A program made the position numbers and the translations under genes. From IMG/VR virus record IMGVR_UViG_3300006654_000150, positions 1 through 50,750 of that record: 50,750 bases of DNA; one strand, written 5' to 3'. Below the pieces are notes generated by a model. It had not been told where the DNA came from and did not search any database. It was given only the letters and a program-made list of their open reading frames with translations. Origin of the DNA: a virus. Shown one piece after another: positions 9,527 through 19,627 of the stretch (position 1 is the stretch's first letter; every line of letters begins with the position of its first letter).

Positions 9527-9927
9527 GTCTTCGCTCTCCGCTCAAGTCGTTCGGCATTCTTGCGGACAATCTGTTGCCAGTTCTGGGCCGCCAGGCGCAT
9601 GAAGCCGAACCTATCCTCGACCATAGGCGCGTAACTCGCCGACCATCCAAAAAATACAGTGTCGCCAAGCTGGGCTTGAGCTATCACAACCAGGGCGGCG
9701 TCAGCGCTCCAGACAAATGACGCATCACCTCCAGTGGGCTCTGTTTCCCCAGATGGGAGCCTGTTTAGCGCAGCGTCACCAGTGGATCGCAAAAACCCCG
9801 TATCCACATTAACTCTCTGTTGAGCGTCCTCTATTACGTCCTGAAGGGATTGCCTGAAGACCGCCTCCATTCGCCCCTGACTCTGAGAAACGAACTTTCC
9901 CACCTGCTCCGCGAATGGCTTTGCCAT
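9523..9927 (-). CDS. HK97 gp10-like head-tail joining protein
   Basis: Contains VDTGFLRSTG, typical of the HK97 gp10 family. 134 aa. Confidence 0.6.
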   Translation of the reverse strand: MAKPFAEQVGKFVSQSQGRMEAVFRQSLQDVIEDAQQRVNVDTGFLRSTGDAALNRLPSGETEPTGGDASFVWSADAALVVIAQAQLGDTVFFGWSASYAPMVEDRFGFMRLAAQNWQQIVRKNAERLERRAKT

Positions 9928-10961
9928 TATCCAAACCCCTCTATGCGCAACTGGCGAGCTATGAAATCAATGCGGTAATAGGCCCGGCAACGGCAATTTA
10001 CGACCTGGCTTGCCGATGCTCCCAAGCTGCTGTCCCCCGGATACCGCATGGCTGAGCCGTCGGGGGCGATAAATGCCTCGTTGAACGGTATAGGCTCCTG
10101 CAGGTAGGTCTGCTCCATCATTAGATGGTCTAGGCGGGTTCGACCATCGCCCGTCGCATCCCATCCTTTGGTCACCTCATTGAGGTCAATATCGCTTCTC
10201 TGCGCCGCCTGCCGGATAGCCTCAAACTGGCCAGCCCTGAGCGCATTCAGGGTCTCTGTCCTGCTGATGTTTCGCCCCCGATATGCAACTGTTCGGTTCT
10301 GCATGGCGACGATCATTCTGTTGATCTGGTCGCGTGGTAGCGGCGTTTCGTTCTTGATCGCCTTCCTGACAGATGAGTCAAACCGCTTGTCTCTGAGTTT
10401 GCGGGAGAAGTAATCGCTATTAAGGGACTCCAGTTCGCCTCTTGCGCTAGTTACCCACTGAGCCTGACGAGAGGTCATGCCTATAAAGCCGCCCTCTCTT
10501 TTGCCGGTTACCCGGTTAAGCCTTCCAACAAGATCAAGGGCCGACTCTCGGGGGTTGGCGCCAGAGGACAGCCCCTCCAGCAGTCGCTCCCTGACCATCC
10601 GCCTTTGCTCGTCGAAGACCTCTGTTATGAGGTTGCTGGATAGATCAGACAGCCACTGAGAGGCGGACGGCAGAGAGAGGCTAAATCGCGCCTGGATCGT
10701 CCCGGCTGATACTGGCACCTGGCCAATCTGCTCCGCCCCGGTCAGGCCGCCTCTCCTGTATGTCTGGCGGATAGATTCTTCAAAAGGCTCGAAGGTCGCT
10801 TCGTCCAGCTGCAACAGCCGGACAATGCTGTCTATGTCACCGACAACAAGCAGTCTCGTGATTTCCTTGATTGAGGCCTGATCCCTGATAGAGCGGATAA
10901 CGCCTTGGAAAGCCCGTAGAACTCGCTGTTCTTGGTTGGCTGATATCTCAAGAAGGTTCAT
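9927..10961 (-). CDS. Minor head protein, Mu F / SPP1 gp7 family
   Basis: C-terminal region WDATGDGRTRLDHLMMEQ...SQVVNCRCRAYY matches the Phage_Mu_F signature. Confidence 0.75.
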   Translation of the reverse strand: MNLLEISANQEQRVLRAFQGVIRSIRDQASIKEITRLLVVGDIDSIVRLLQLDEATFEPFEESIRQTYRRGGLTGAEQIGQVPVSAGTIQARFSLSLPSASQWLSDLSSNLITEVFDEQRRMVRERLLEGLSSGANPRESALDLVGRLNRVTGKREGGFIGMTSRQAQWVTSARGELESLNSDYFSRKLRDKRFDSSVRKAIKNETPLPRDQINRMIVAMQNRTVAYRGRNISRTETLNALRAGQFEAIRQAAQRSDIDLNEVTKGWDATGDGRTRLDHLMMEQTYLQEPIPFNEAFIAPDGSAMRYPGDSSLGASASQVVNCRCRAYYRIDFIARQLRIEGFG

Positions 10962-10979
10962 GGCGCCCCGCTAAAGCGA

Positions 10980-11333
10980 TCAAAACTCCAGCAAAGAGGC
11001 CTCAATACCAGTGCCGCCAGTGACAGCAATGGTGCCGGCTAGGTATGCGCCTATGCTGGCAAGAGAGATTGCGGAAACGTCTCCGGCTGCTATTTCTGCC
11101 GTGGAGAAGCCGGAGCTGATATCAAACGACCCGGCGCCCGGCACTGTGACGCTGCCCGCCTCGTCGCCGTCAATGGTTACAGTCAGAGCCCCCGCTGTAA
11201 CGTTGTTCAGAACCAGCACGGGCTTTTTGCTGGCGTCATAAGCAAAGCTGTCCGTGCCGGTCAGGGTTGTAACTGTGACTGCGCGATCACCGAAGCCTTT
11301 CATGTCGGTTGCTGTAATTGCGGCCATGTTCAA
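10980..11333 (-). CDS. Hypothetical virion-module protein
   Basis: 117 aa, Gly/Thr/Ala-rich and beta-like. Coupled to the upstream ORF. Confidence 0.5.
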   Translation of the reverse strand: MNMAAITATDMKGFGDRAVTVTTLTGTDSFAYDASKKPVLVLNNVTAGALTVTIDGDEAGSVTVPGAGSFDISSGFSTAEIAAGDVSAISLASIGAYLAGTIAVTGGTGIEASLLEF

Positions 11334-11563
11334 TTCCTCTGTGTTTGTGCGCTGTTTGTATTTGCCACTTCAGAAAGTTCGATATCCTCGTCTGCCGCCA
11401 GGGCATAAAGCTTTAGCTGAACCCCTGGTGGCAGACTGTCGAATTCCGCGATCATTGTTTGAATCAGGATCTTGACAGGCTCCAGATCAATAACTTCTAT
11501 GATTGCGCCTTCCTCTGCCATAGCTGACTCTTGAAATCTTGATGCCTTGCCGAAGTCATCCAT
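11330..11563 (-). CDS. Hypothetical protein (acidic, 77 aa)
   Basis: ATGA-type overlaps on both sides. Confidence 0.5.
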   Translation of the reverse strand: MDDFGKASRFQESAMAEEGAIIEVIDLEPVKILIQTMIAEFDSLPPGVQLKLYALAADEDIELSEVANTNSAQTQRN

Positions 11564-11955
11564 TACGCCATCAGATCCAGTTCATAAAGCAGCGCAGTGC
11601 CAGCCGGAGACAAGGGGCGGACTTCGGTTATGGTTCGCCAGTCGCTGGACTCGGTAGCTTCTGTCTCCGTGATGCCGACGGCTACGGTGTCCGACTTCTG
11701 CGGCTCAAAGCCTGGCACGGCGGTAACGGTCAACGTTCTGCGACTCATATCCACGTAACTGCCGTCAGCAGACCTTACGCGCTCGTTGCTCTCGATAACG
11801 TGGACGGTGGTATAGGTGGGGGTAGTAACCGGATCAAACGATGTGCCACCGGTTACAATTTCGCGCCTGATGGCAGCCGGATAGCCATCATCGGTCTCGC
11901 CGACTGACCGGATCGCCTCAGCCACCTCAGCGGCTACGCTTGCCCAATCTTCCAT
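11563..11955 (-). CDS. Hypothetical head-tail module protein
   Basis: 130 aa. Its ATG overlaps the HNH gene's TAA by 1 nt. Confidence 0.5.
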   Translation of the reverse strand: MEDWASVAAEVAEAIRSVGETDDGYPAAIRREIVTGGTSFDPVTTPTYTTVHVIESNERVRSADGSYVDMSRRTLTVTAVPGFEPQKSDTVAVGITETEATESSDWRTITEVRPLSPAGTALLYELDLMA

Positions 11956-12566
11956 TAAGCAGCCCTGCCGTGATTATTGTGAAAGCCATGCTTGATTTCT
12001 GCATCTTTGCGCGCGGCTTTTGCGTCTTCGAAACCGATAAAGCATCCAAGACTAATTCTTTTCCCGTCAACCCATATCACGGCTCGCCACCGGCCAATCT
12101 GCTTTGCCCAGAAAACTCCCATTTGTCCGCTGGTATTGTTTGACCTGAGACAGGCGTTCTTAGCATTCACGCTCCGAGAGACTGACCGAAGGTTGCTCCA
12201 ACGATTGTCAGCCCGATCACCGTTAATATGATCTATGTCGCTATCTGGCCACGATCCCGTCTGCATGGCCCATATAACGCGGTGCGCATAAAGATTTTTC
12301 ATTAGAACCGACCCTTTCCTATAACCAAGGCCCGGATCAATCGAACTTATTGCCTCTTTTCCAGCGTGCGCAGTGTTCCAACATTTGCAATTGCGCTCTG
12401 AGGTGTACCGACCCTTACCATCCACAAACCATTCTTTCGATCGCTCCAGCCAATATAGTCGTCCAGTAGTCGGCTCATACCGCAACAATTGACGAAGGGT
12501 TTCTGGTGATGGCAAAGGTTTTGCCTTGCCAGGTCCATCCCTGAAAATTCTGCTGTGATCGCTCAT
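11955..12566 (-). CDS. HNH homing endonuclease with C-terminal AP2 DNA-binding domain
   Basis: HNH core is HRVIWAMQTGSWPDSDIDHINGDRADNRWSNLR. AP2-like segment is GVFWAKQIGRWRAVIWVDGKRISLGCFIGFEDAKAARKDAE. Paralog of 44476..45027. Confidence 0.8.
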   Translation of the reverse strand: MSDHSRIFRDGPGKAKPLPSPETLRQLLRYEPTTGRLYWLERSKEWFVDGKGRYTSERNCKCWNTAHAGKEAISSIDPGLGYRKGSVLMKNLYAHRVIWAMQTGSWPDSDIDHINGDRADNRWSNLRSVSRSVNAKNACLRSNNTSGQMGVFWAKQIGRWRAVIWVDGKRISLGCFIGFEDAKAARKDAEIKHGFHNNHGRAA

Positions 12567-13039
12567 GACACTATCAACGCGGCAGGCAAATCATTCGGCA
12601 CCAGGATCGGGGCTAGAATGTTATCAATGGTGGTCGATACCGGGGAGTTGGCGCGGTCGCCCTTGCTCTCACCGGTCACCGTCCACCGAATGTTCTGCAC
12701 CTGGGTTAATACCTTTCTCTCGGACTCGGTGAACGTCTTGGAGAAAAATCCCGGCGTCTTGAGTTCCAGCAGCGCCGCCTCATAGGAGGCGTCAATTACA
12801 CGCTGGGGAATTGTGCTATCAGGAATGGCGTTGCCGTAACGGTCCACGGCATCCTTGCGGGGCCATGAGCGCTCCTGATCAATGCCACCGGTCGGTTGTC
12901 CCGGCCAGCGGCGGTAATAGTGACCATCCAGGTATACGGAGCCGCGCAGGCGAGCGGCCGCAACAGTGCCAGCAGGCACGGTGTACCCGTTGGCGGCTGC
13001 GTAATCCTCAAACCCTTGATCGGTTCCGTAACCTGGCAT
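12563..13039 (-). CDS. Head completion / adaptor-type protein (DnaT-like domain family resemblance)
   Basis: 158 aa, downstream of the capsid gene. Family call is weak and from memory. Confidence 0.45.
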   Translation of the reverse strand: MPGYGTDQGFEDYAAANGYTVPAGTVAAARLRGSVYLDGHYYRRWPGQPTGGIDQERSWPRKDAVDRYGNAIPDSTIPQRVIDASYEAALLELKTPGFFSKTFTESERKVLTQVQNIRWTVTGESKGDRANSPVSTTIDNILAPILVPNDLPAALIVS

Positions 13040-13042
13040 GGC

Positions 13043-13264
13043 TTACTCCTTCGGCTCGGCTTTGGCGGGTTTGCTGGTCGCCTTGGCCTTGCCTGCGTCA
13101 GTGATTTTCACGCCCTGTGCGGCGAAATCGGCGATCTGGTCCTTGGTCAGTTCCGTGGCGTTTTCCAGCGTTGCAGTCTTGCCGCGCTTCACCACTTCGC
13201 TGCCGCCGTAGACCTTGATGGCCTTGTCGCGCCCTGAGCCGTTTTCAACTTTGTAGGTCGGCAT
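13043..13264 (-). CDS. Hypothetical small Lys-rich protein
   Basis: 73 aa. AGGAGG 7 nt upstream of the ATG. Confidence 0.55.
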   Translation of the reverse strand: MPTYKVENGSGRDKAIKVYGGSEVVKRGKTATLENATELTKDQIADFAAQGVKITDAGKAKATSKPAKAEPKE

Positions 13265-13282
13265 TGCTACCTCCTAAAATGG

Positions 13283-13298
13283 AGGGGCCGAAGCCCCT
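13283..13298 (-). promoter_or_regulatory. C(UUCG)G-capped 6-bp hairpin directly after the capsid gene
   Basis: Minus strand reads AGGGGC-UUCG-GCCCCU. Located between the MCP stop (13304) and the next RBS. The U tract is weak, so it is more likely a stabiliser or attenuator than a full terminator. Confidence 0.4.
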
Positions 13299-13303
13299 AT
13301 TGA

Positions 13304-14320
13304 TTACGAGGAAACGCCCTTCCGGAGAACTTCCGGACGCTGGCACAGGTACAGCGGATAGCTGTAGATCTCGCCGCGAGTGAAGGCCTGACGATCACGA
13401 TCCGGGATGTTCATGGCGTAGGTGTCCATGCCCAGAGTGTTCACGTAGGGGCCGAACTCAGCCGGCGCCATCGCCTTCTTGAACACGCCAGGCGCATTGA
13501 CCGGGAAGAACTTCGCCTCGTTGGCTGCCACACCAACAGTCGAGCCGTCATCTGTGCCACGGTAGTTGTGCCAAGTGATCCCGCCATACGTGAACGCCTG
13601 GAAAGCGGTTCCTTGGCGAAGATCAGCCGCAGCCGACCAGCCCGTATACGTGTCGCGCACTTGTTTGTGGTTGATGAGCAGGTCGTACAGTGTGTCACCC
13701 GCCAAGGCGTGTACCTGAGTGTTTGGCGTAAATGCACCGCGAGAAGATCGCGCCATGGCGCGGATAACCTGGTTGCAGATACCCCGAACATCGGTACTTT
13801 CTGTGGTCAGCGCAAAGTTAATAGCTGCCGCCTCGGCCACATCGAACCGGTCGAAGTAGTCATAAATGACACTTGAGCCGTCAGCATCCAGCAGTTTGCC
13901 CTGCAAAGCGCCGAGGCGGTGGTGTTCGTGGGTCAACTCAATGTCACCACGGACTCGCGCCAGTCGGCGGAGATATTCACCCTGAACCTGCTCAAGCTCA
14001 GTCTCGGAACCGAAGGCACGAATGCCCTGCACTTCCTCGGCATAGAGCGTGAAGCCCTTGGCCAGGCGAGTGGTTTTCAACGGAACCGCGTCACGGTCAT
14101 CGCCTTTCAGTTCAGACGGAGCTTCACCAGTAGCGCTGGTCGGAACCAGTGTCAGTGCGCCGTCACGGCGATCCACAAACACGGTTCGGGTGCGCACCGG
14201 CATGGGCTCGAAAATGCCGAGCTCGCCGAGCAGTTGCGGCTGGTAATCCAGCTTGTTAGCCACGCCAGACAGAGACGTCATGGAGAAGGCTGAGTTGTTA
14301 AAAATATCCATTGAAGCCAT
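13304..14320 (-). CDS. Major capsid protein, lambda gpE family
   Basis: N-terminus MDIFNNSAFSMTSLSGVANKLDYQPQLLGELGIFEPMPVRTRTV. 338 aa. Preceded by a gpD-like gene. Confidence 0.9.
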   Translation of the reverse strand: MASMDIFNNSAFSMTSLSGVANKLDYQPQLLGELGIFEPMPVRTRTVFVDRRDGALTLVPTSATGEAPSELKGDDRDAVPLKTTRLAKGFTLYAEEVQGIRAFGSETELEQVQGEYLRRLARVRGDIELTHEHHRLGALQGKLLDADGSSVIYDYFDRFDVAEAAAINFALTTESTDVRGICNQVIRAMARSSRGAFTPNTQVHALAGDTLYDLLINHKQVRDTYTGWSAAADLRQGTAFQAFTYGGITWHNYRGTDDGSTVGVAANEAKFFPVNAPGVFKKAMAPAEFGPYVNTLGMDTYAMNIPDRDRQAFTRGEIYSYPLYLCQRPEVLRKGVSS

Positions 14321-14332
14321 GATCCGGTCTCC

Positions 14333-14716
14333 TTATCGACGGACGATGATGCCGAGAGCAGCCAGGGCTGCGTCCGACGCGGTGATTTGAGCGGCGTCTG
14401 CGCCAACCTCATAGGTCAGATCGCCACCATTGACCTCTGCGTCACGCAGGACGGCAGTCACTGTGTGATCAACCGGAGAGGCGGTGGCGTTGACCAGGGT
14501 TTCGTACAGTGCTCCCGCCTCGTTCTGCGAGCCGTCAGCAGCGCCGGCAGCGTGACGAACGTACTTGCTGCTCGCCGTGATCTTCCCAAGAACGGTGCCC
14601 GCCTCCAGGGTGGTGTTCGCCGGTACGGTAACCGTTACGGCCTCGCGTGAGCGGTGGCCATTGGCCTCGCTGACGATGAAGCTGGCATTGCCTTGTGACT
14701 TGACTTGGATATCCAT
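14333..14716 (-). CDS. Head decoration protein, lambda gpD-like
   Basis: 127 aa. TLEAGTVLGKITASSKYVRHAAGAADGSQNEAGAL pattern. Sits immediately upstream of the capsid gene. Confidence 0.75.
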   Translation of the reverse strand: MDIQVKSQGNASFIVSEANGHRSREAVTVTVPANTTLEAGTVLGKITASSKYVRHAAGAADGSQNEAGALYETLVNATASPVDHTVTAVLRDAEVNGGDLTYEVGADAAQITASDAALAALGIIVRR

Positions 14717-14719
14717 CGC

Positions 14720-15853
14720 TTACGCCTCCTTTTTCATCTGGACGCCGGCAGACTTGAACGTGGAGTCGTTCCACGCGCTCGCGCCGTCATTGGGTTTAAC
14801 GCTGGTGATGGTGCGCAGCGGGTCGGTGGGGTTGGAGGCGGAATCCTCAACCAGGATGTCGAAGCGGGCATCGATGTATGCCTGCGACTTGTCCTTCACA
14901 GCCTCATCGCCCAACTTGGCGACAACGGCGGCCTTGCGAATATCCGCATCGCTAACGCCAGTGGTTTCCATGTCCTTGGCAATGGATTTGGCCTTGGTGA
15001 CCAGCTCAGAACGATCCTGTACGCGCTTATCCAGCGCCGCGTCATCCAGAACCTTGCCTTTCAGGTCGTCGATTTCGGCCTGCTTTTTGGCAATCTCGGC
15101 GTCTTTCGCTTCAACTGCCTTGGTGGATTTCGCCTCAGCGTCGGCCATTTTGGCCTGAGTGTCCTTAACGTCGTTCTGCAATTTCTCAATGGCCTGGGCG
15201 CCCTGATCGGTGGTGCTTACCGATAGACCGTCCACGACCACAGTGCGAAGGTTGTCAGTCATCTGATTAATCCTTTCGTCTGCCTTGCGGGTGGTAGGGC
15301 GAGCGCCCCAGTGATTCGCACCGTCGCCGATGCGGAATTCTTGATTGGCCCGGCCTTTATCGACCAGGGCAACGTGATTGATTCGAATGTTTTTCTGGAT
15401 GGCGTCGTACTGCTCGCCGCTGTCGGTCACACCGGCCGTCCAGTCGATGTCTGCGGTGTAGCCGAGGGACAGTTCGCGCTTACCGGACTCGTAGTCCTTG
15501 ATGGCGGCAGCATCCATCATGATCAGAGGGACGCGGACGAACTCGCCGTCTTTGCTGATCTCGTCGCCCATTTGGCCGATGGCGTCCCGTTTCCAGGTCT
15601 CTGCGGACACGGACTCGCTCGGGTGGTCATTTGTCATGGGCTTGTGGGCGGCGCTACTCATGGCGTCCTGGGAGAACACTTCAGACGCCGGGCGGTAGAC
15701 GCGAACGAAGGGCATATCGGATCGGCCCATTTCATCGCCCAGGTACACCTGCACGTTGTTGGCGCGACTGACGCGGGCACTTGCAACCAAATACCCATCG
15801 CCGGTTCGCCGCGCACTGTTCTCATCCACGGAAACCTTGTCCAGTAATTTCAT
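14720..15853 (-). CDS. Prohead protease/scaffold fusion (DUF2213-type N-domain, coiled-coil C-domain)
   Basis: N-domain has VRVYRPASEVF...MTNDHP...ELSLGYT...INHVALVDKGRA. The C-terminal half is Lys/Asp/Ala coiled coil. Confidence 0.75.
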   Translation of the reverse strand: MKLLDKVSVDENSARRTGDGYLVASARVSRANNVQVYLGDEMGRSDMPFVRVYRPASEVFSQDAMSSAAHKPMTNDHPSESVSAETWKRDAIGQMGDEISKDGEFVRVPLIMMDAAAIKDYESGKRELSLGYTADIDWTAGVTDSGEQYDAIQKNIRINHVALVDKGRANQEFRIGDGANHWGARPTTRKADERINQMTDNLRTVVVDGLSVSTTDQGAQAIEKLQNDVKDTQAKMADAEAKSTKAVEAKDAEIAKKQAEIDDLKGKVLDDAALDKRVQDRSELVTKAKSIAKDMETTGVSDADIRKAAVVAKLGDEAVKDKSQAYIDARFDILVEDSASNPTDPLRTITSVKPNDGASAWNDSTFKSAGVQMKKEA

Positions 15854-15856
15854 GGT

Positions 15857-17188
15857 TTATTCCTCGATGGGGTCGGGGTCGTCTTCTTCGCGGAGTTGCC
15901 CGTATTCCAGAATGGCCGCCTCAAGCCCCGGCAAGTCGCCAGACTCGATAAGGGCGTTAATCAGGCTGTCAGACAGCGCCTCTATCGGGATAATCGGGGC
16001 GTCACCCGCACCATTGCCGGCCAGCGTTCTAGCGGCATTGGCTCGCTTCTCAAAGACTTCGGCTTGCTCTTTCTCGCTCATCTGCCACAGCGGACGGAAT
16101 TTGAACCAGCAGTCAGCCGGGTATTCACCAAGGGCAGACCGAACAACCAGATTCAGGAGCTTTTCCAGTGGGTCGCGCAGCGTAAGTTCCTGCTCTGCCC
16201 CAATGCGGTCGTAGTAGTTCTTGAGTTCGCCGTCACCGCTTGACTGTAGTCCGGTCGGGCTCTGGCTCAGGAATCGAGTGGCCGGTATATCAGCGGCGCC
16301 AGAAACGATCTGCAATTGTAGGCGCTGGACATCCGGGAGCTGCGAGAAGTTGATGGTCTTCTGCTGGTATTCGTCGTTCTTGTCCAGCACCACCGCATTA
16401 ACCATCGACTTAGTGCGCTGGACAAGTGAGAACCTGTCGTAGACCGCCTGCTTATATGCCTCTGACTTCATGCCATCCATGAAGCCGTCAATTTTGTAAA
16501 CGTCGATCTTGGCTTCTTGCACCAGGGCGGCAATACCCTGCTGGCCGGCAGTGGCGTCCCGAATGGCAATCTCTATGGCGTCCAGAATGCTGTCGCCCCA
16601 CCGATCAACAAGGACTTCCCAGTCGGTCGGCAGGTCTGCGCCGATGAAACGAATCACCCGAGAGGGGTGAATTCGGACTGAGCCGCCCGCCGCGCCAACC
16701 AGGTCGTAATAGGTCGGCTCCATGTACGTCGGTGACATGGGGTCGTAATCCAGGGTGCCGCTGGTCAGGTGGTAACGATCCATGACCTTCAGGAAGGCAA
16801 TGCCGCCCCTGCCGATGTTGCGAGGCTCCAGAGGCTGGCTGTGGTCTTCCCCGCCGTCGCTGACCATGATGGCGGCACCGCCGTACAGTCGTGCCTGCTT
16901 GAGCGCCGTGAACACGTTACTCAGAACCTTCAGGCGCTTTTCCTCGGCCTCGATGGCTGCGATCTGTTTCTTGTCACACTGCCAGGCCCAGCCCTCGCGC
17001 ATCATGTCAAAGGCCGGAATATCTACAGCCTTACGGCACATCCAGTTGGAGCGGTAGGCGGCCTCAACCTGCTGACGATTCAGCGGCTCAAAGCTCCAAT
17101 AACCCTGGGCGCCTTTGTCGCTATCGCCGCCGAGCCCTGACAGCTTGTTAATCAGGCCTCGGGAGACATCTGCAAACCAGTTGCTCAT
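15857..17188 (-). CDS. Portal protein (DUF1073-type)
   Basis: Start reassigned to the ATG at 17188 (MSNWFADV...), which forms an ATGA overlap with the TerL stop. 443 aa. Confidence 0.85.
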   Translation of the reverse strand: MSNWFADVSRGLINKLSGLGGDSDKGAQGYWSFEPLNRQQVEAAYRSNWMCRKAVDIPAFDMMREGWAWQCDKKQIAAIEAEEKRLKVLSNVFTALKQARLYGGAAIMVSDGGEDHSQPLEPRNIGRGGIAFLKVMDRYHLTSGTLDYDPMSPTYMEPTYYDLVGAAGGSVRIHPSRVIRFIGADLPTDWEVLVDRWGDSILDAIEIAIRDATAGQQGIAALVQEAKIDVYKIDGFMDGMKSEAYKQAVYDRFSLVQRTKSMVNAVVLDKNDEYQQKTINFSQLPDVQRLQLQIVSGAADIPATRFLSQSPTGLQSSGDGELKNYYDRIGAEQELTLRDPLEKLLNLVVRSALGEYPADCWFKFRPLWQMSEKEQAEVFEKRANAARTLAGNGAGDAPIIPIEALSDSLINALIESGDLPGLEAAILEYGQLREEDDPDPIEE

Positions 17189-18834
17189 GAGTACACCGCC
17201 ATCATGTCGTAACCCGCAGACGGCACCGGCCAATAGCACATCATCACCGCGTCCGCGACGTTCGGTGACCGCGTGCCTTCTGGCGTCTTGTTGACGATCA
17301 GTTTCATGCGTGCGCTCTTTCCGGAAGTGGGTTGTGAAAGCTCTTTCTGGATCGTCCGAAGCAATGGCAGGTCGGACGGTATGCTGATCAGTTCGTCATG
17401 GCTGTACCGGACGCCCTCGGTGACCGCTCGCCACGTCTTCTCAAAGCGGCGGCGCAACTGCCACCAGCCCTGGGCTTTCAGGTTGGCGTAAAAGTCTTTA
17501 TTGATCGGGGTGTCGCGGTCGTCTGGATCAATGTGTTTGTCGGGGTCCAGCACTGCCGCCCCGGCATCCCAGGGCACAAACCGGATGCCTGACGGCATCA
17601 GCCCCTCATCGTTGAGCCGGTTGGTTTCCGCCTTGACACCAGAGCCGACACCGATGCAGTCGTATTGAACCTCGATGTCACCACATCCGCTGGCGTGGTC
17701 TATGGCCCTGCGGGCTGTAAGACCGGTATCACGCTCACCCCACTCCGACACATCCGTGAGGATGACGCCCTTACGGGCTGCGTAGGCGTTCTTGTCGCCG
17801 CCTCCGTCCGCTACGTCCAGGGCGCCGCAATAGCCACCGGAATCGTCGATGCCCAACTTGATATGAGCGTCTATGGCTGCGGACACCCATTCAGGCGGAA
17901 TAATCACGCCCTCAACGGAGGCTGCGTAGTTCCGGTCCACTTCCTGCGCGAATACGTGGAGCAGGCCGTCCGCTTCCGCCTTCTTGCGCCTGGCGTCGTG
18001 CCAGGCTTGATCCTTGGCCGGGTGATCGCGCCAATCCATGATGAAAACGTTGGTCACGCCCTTGTGGGCCGGGCCGCCATTCCATTCCTCGCCCGACTCG
18101 CGCCGACGATGGAAGACGTTGCCGGTGCCGTTGACGCTGGATATGTCAATCTGGACGTTGGTGTTGTCCGCCAGGGCCGCCTCAATCTTCTCGGGCCGCT
18201 CAAAGTGGGCCGCCTCGTCCTTGAAGTAGATGAGCTTTCGGCCGCCCCGGCCGATGTTGTCGCCGGCCTCGCCGGTGATCGTGGCGCCGTTCTCCGGGTT
18301 CACGAAGCGCATGTACGTCATGTGCTCTTTGGGCGACAGGCCGGCTGGCCAGAACTCCCGAGGCAGGCCGCCAATAATCAGGCGCATCTTTTCAAAGATC
18401 GAATCTGGATCACCGATGCGGTCAACCAACTGCTCTTTGCGAGAGCCCCAGCCGACCGCAGATCCTGGCCAGAACAGCCAGAGCCAGACCGAGAACCCGC
18501 AGCAGACCCAAGAGGCGCCCATATCGCGGGACTTCTCAATGAGCCCGTTTTCCTGGCCGCGCATCATGGCCAGCAGGAAGTTCACCAGGTCTTCCTGTCG
18601 CTCAAACAGAATGAACGGCATCTTGGCCGGCAACTCGCCGCCGCTGTTACGCGGGTCGTAGGTCGATACCCAGTGCTCTATGAACTCAGCCGGGCGCGTC
18701 CGGTAGTATTCCTTTGCGCCATAGAGCAGAACCGGCTTAGACCTGATGTTCAGGAGCCGCTTTTGCCTCTCGGCGAATACTGCGGTGTAGTCAGGCGGCC
18801 AGCTATCCTTTGTCGCTTTCGAGGGTGCTGGCAT
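17185..18834 (-). CDS. terL: Terminase large subunit
   Basis: 549 aa. Sits between the small subunit and portal genes. Has an acidic nuclease-type segment, LDVADGGGDKNAYAARKG. Confidence 0.85.
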   Translation of the reverse strand: MPAPSKATKDSWPPDYTAVFAERQKRLLNIRSKPVLLYGAKEYYRTRPAEFIEHWVSTYDPRNSGGELPAKMPFILFERQEDLVNFLLAMMRGQENGLIEKSRDMGASWVCCGFSVWLWLFWPGSAVGWGSRKEQLVDRIGDPDSIFEKMRLIIGGLPREFWPAGLSPKEHMTYMRFVNPENGATITGEAGDNIGRGGRKLIYFKDEAAHFERPEKIEAALADNTNVQIDISSVNGTGNVFHRRRESGEEWNGGPAHKGVTNVFIMDWRDHPAKDQAWHDARRKKAEADGLLHVFAQEVDRNYAASVEGVIIPPEWVSAAIDAHIKLGIDDSGGYCGALDVADGGGDKNAYAARKGVILTDVSEWGERDTGLTARRAIDHASGCGDIEVQYDCIGVGSGVKAETNRLNDEGLMPSGIRFVPWDAGAAVLDPDKHIDPDDRDTPINKDFYANLKAQGWWQLRRRFEKTWRAVTEGVRYSHDELISIPSDLPLLRTIQKELSQPTSGKSARMKLIVNKTPEGTRSPNVADAVMMCYWPVPSAGYDMMAVYS

Positions 18835-19321
18835 AGGCTTCTGCAGCTTCCTGTGGGGTCATGTTCTTTGTGACGGTCTGGATGGGTCCGCCATCAATCC
18901 CGGAGACTTCCAGTTGTTGGCGATCTCCGTAGCGCTTTGGTGCGAGCTTGGATAGATACCATTTGCGGGTGTCGACTCGAAGGCGGGAGCGCTGAACGTG
19001 CTCGCCGTTTAACTGGTAGCCAGGGTTATCCGGATCTTCTCGCTCCATGTAATCATTTGAAGCGTTGTCGGCCACATCCATCATTTCGTCGGCCATAGCG
19101 TCCAGGCCAAGATCACGAGCCCGCGCGTATTGCGCCGAAAACCCGTTCCTGTCTTCAAGCACCCACCGCCTTACAGTGTTCTCAGGGGGCATCCCTTTAT
19201 CCCGGCAAACACTCCGCAAGGTTTCGCCATTTGCGAGTCGGTCGCATATCCTTTCGGCTACTGCTGCGGTGTAACGAGTCGGCCTCCCTCTGGATTCAGT
19301 CTTTTGGGCGCTCGACTTCAT
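18803..19321 (-). CDS. terS: Terminase small subunit
   Basis: N-terminal HTH segment is GRPTRYTAAVAERICDRLANGETLRSVCRD. 172 aa. Overlaps the terL start. Confidence 0.65.
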   Translation of the reverse strand: MKSSAQKTESRGRPTRYTAAVAERICDRLANGETLRSVCRDKGMPPENTVRRWVLEDRNGFSAQYARARDLGLDAMADEMMDVADNASNDYMEREDPDNPGYQLNGEHVQRSRLRVDTRKWYLSKLAPKRYGDRQQLEVSGIDGGPIQTVTKNMTPQEAAEAYASTLESDKG

Positions 19322-19324
19322 TGC

Positions 19325-19627
19325 TTACATCCACCAAAAATCAACATCGATATCCGGGCTCGTTGCGCCGGCCAGAACAATCTGCGTGTCGCCTCGCCCA
19401 ACCTTGATTTCCTCTGCCGTAGTCATTGCCTCGGTAATCGTGGCAACGGTCACAAATGCGTCACGGTCGGCGCTGTATTTCTGGACGGTGACGGTTCCGC
19501 TACCGAACGCACCGGTTGCAATCAGCATCAGCGAACCAGCACCGCCGCGCAGGTTCACATCGGTGGCCGAGTTTCCCAGGGATTCGGTGCCGTTCGCCGT
19601 CAGGTTGATCAGTGACATTTCGCTCAT
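19325..19627 (-). CDS. Hypothetical small beta-rich protein
   Basis: 100 aa. ATGA overlap with the upstream 733-aa gene. Confidence 0.5.
   Translation of the reverse strand: MSEMSLINLTANGTESLGNSATDVNLRGGAGSLMLIATGAFGSGTVTVQKYSADRDAFVTVATITEAMTTAEEIKVGRGDTQIVLAGATSPDIDVDFWWM

Noticed and set aside
17665-18873. 402-aa plus-strand ORF, the longest plus-strand ORF in the structural region
   Set aside because: It lies entirely antisense to the terminase large subunit gene. Its composition is Arg/Ala/Gly/Val-rich junk, and it has no RBS. This is typical of a stop-poor antisense frame in a GC-rich gene.
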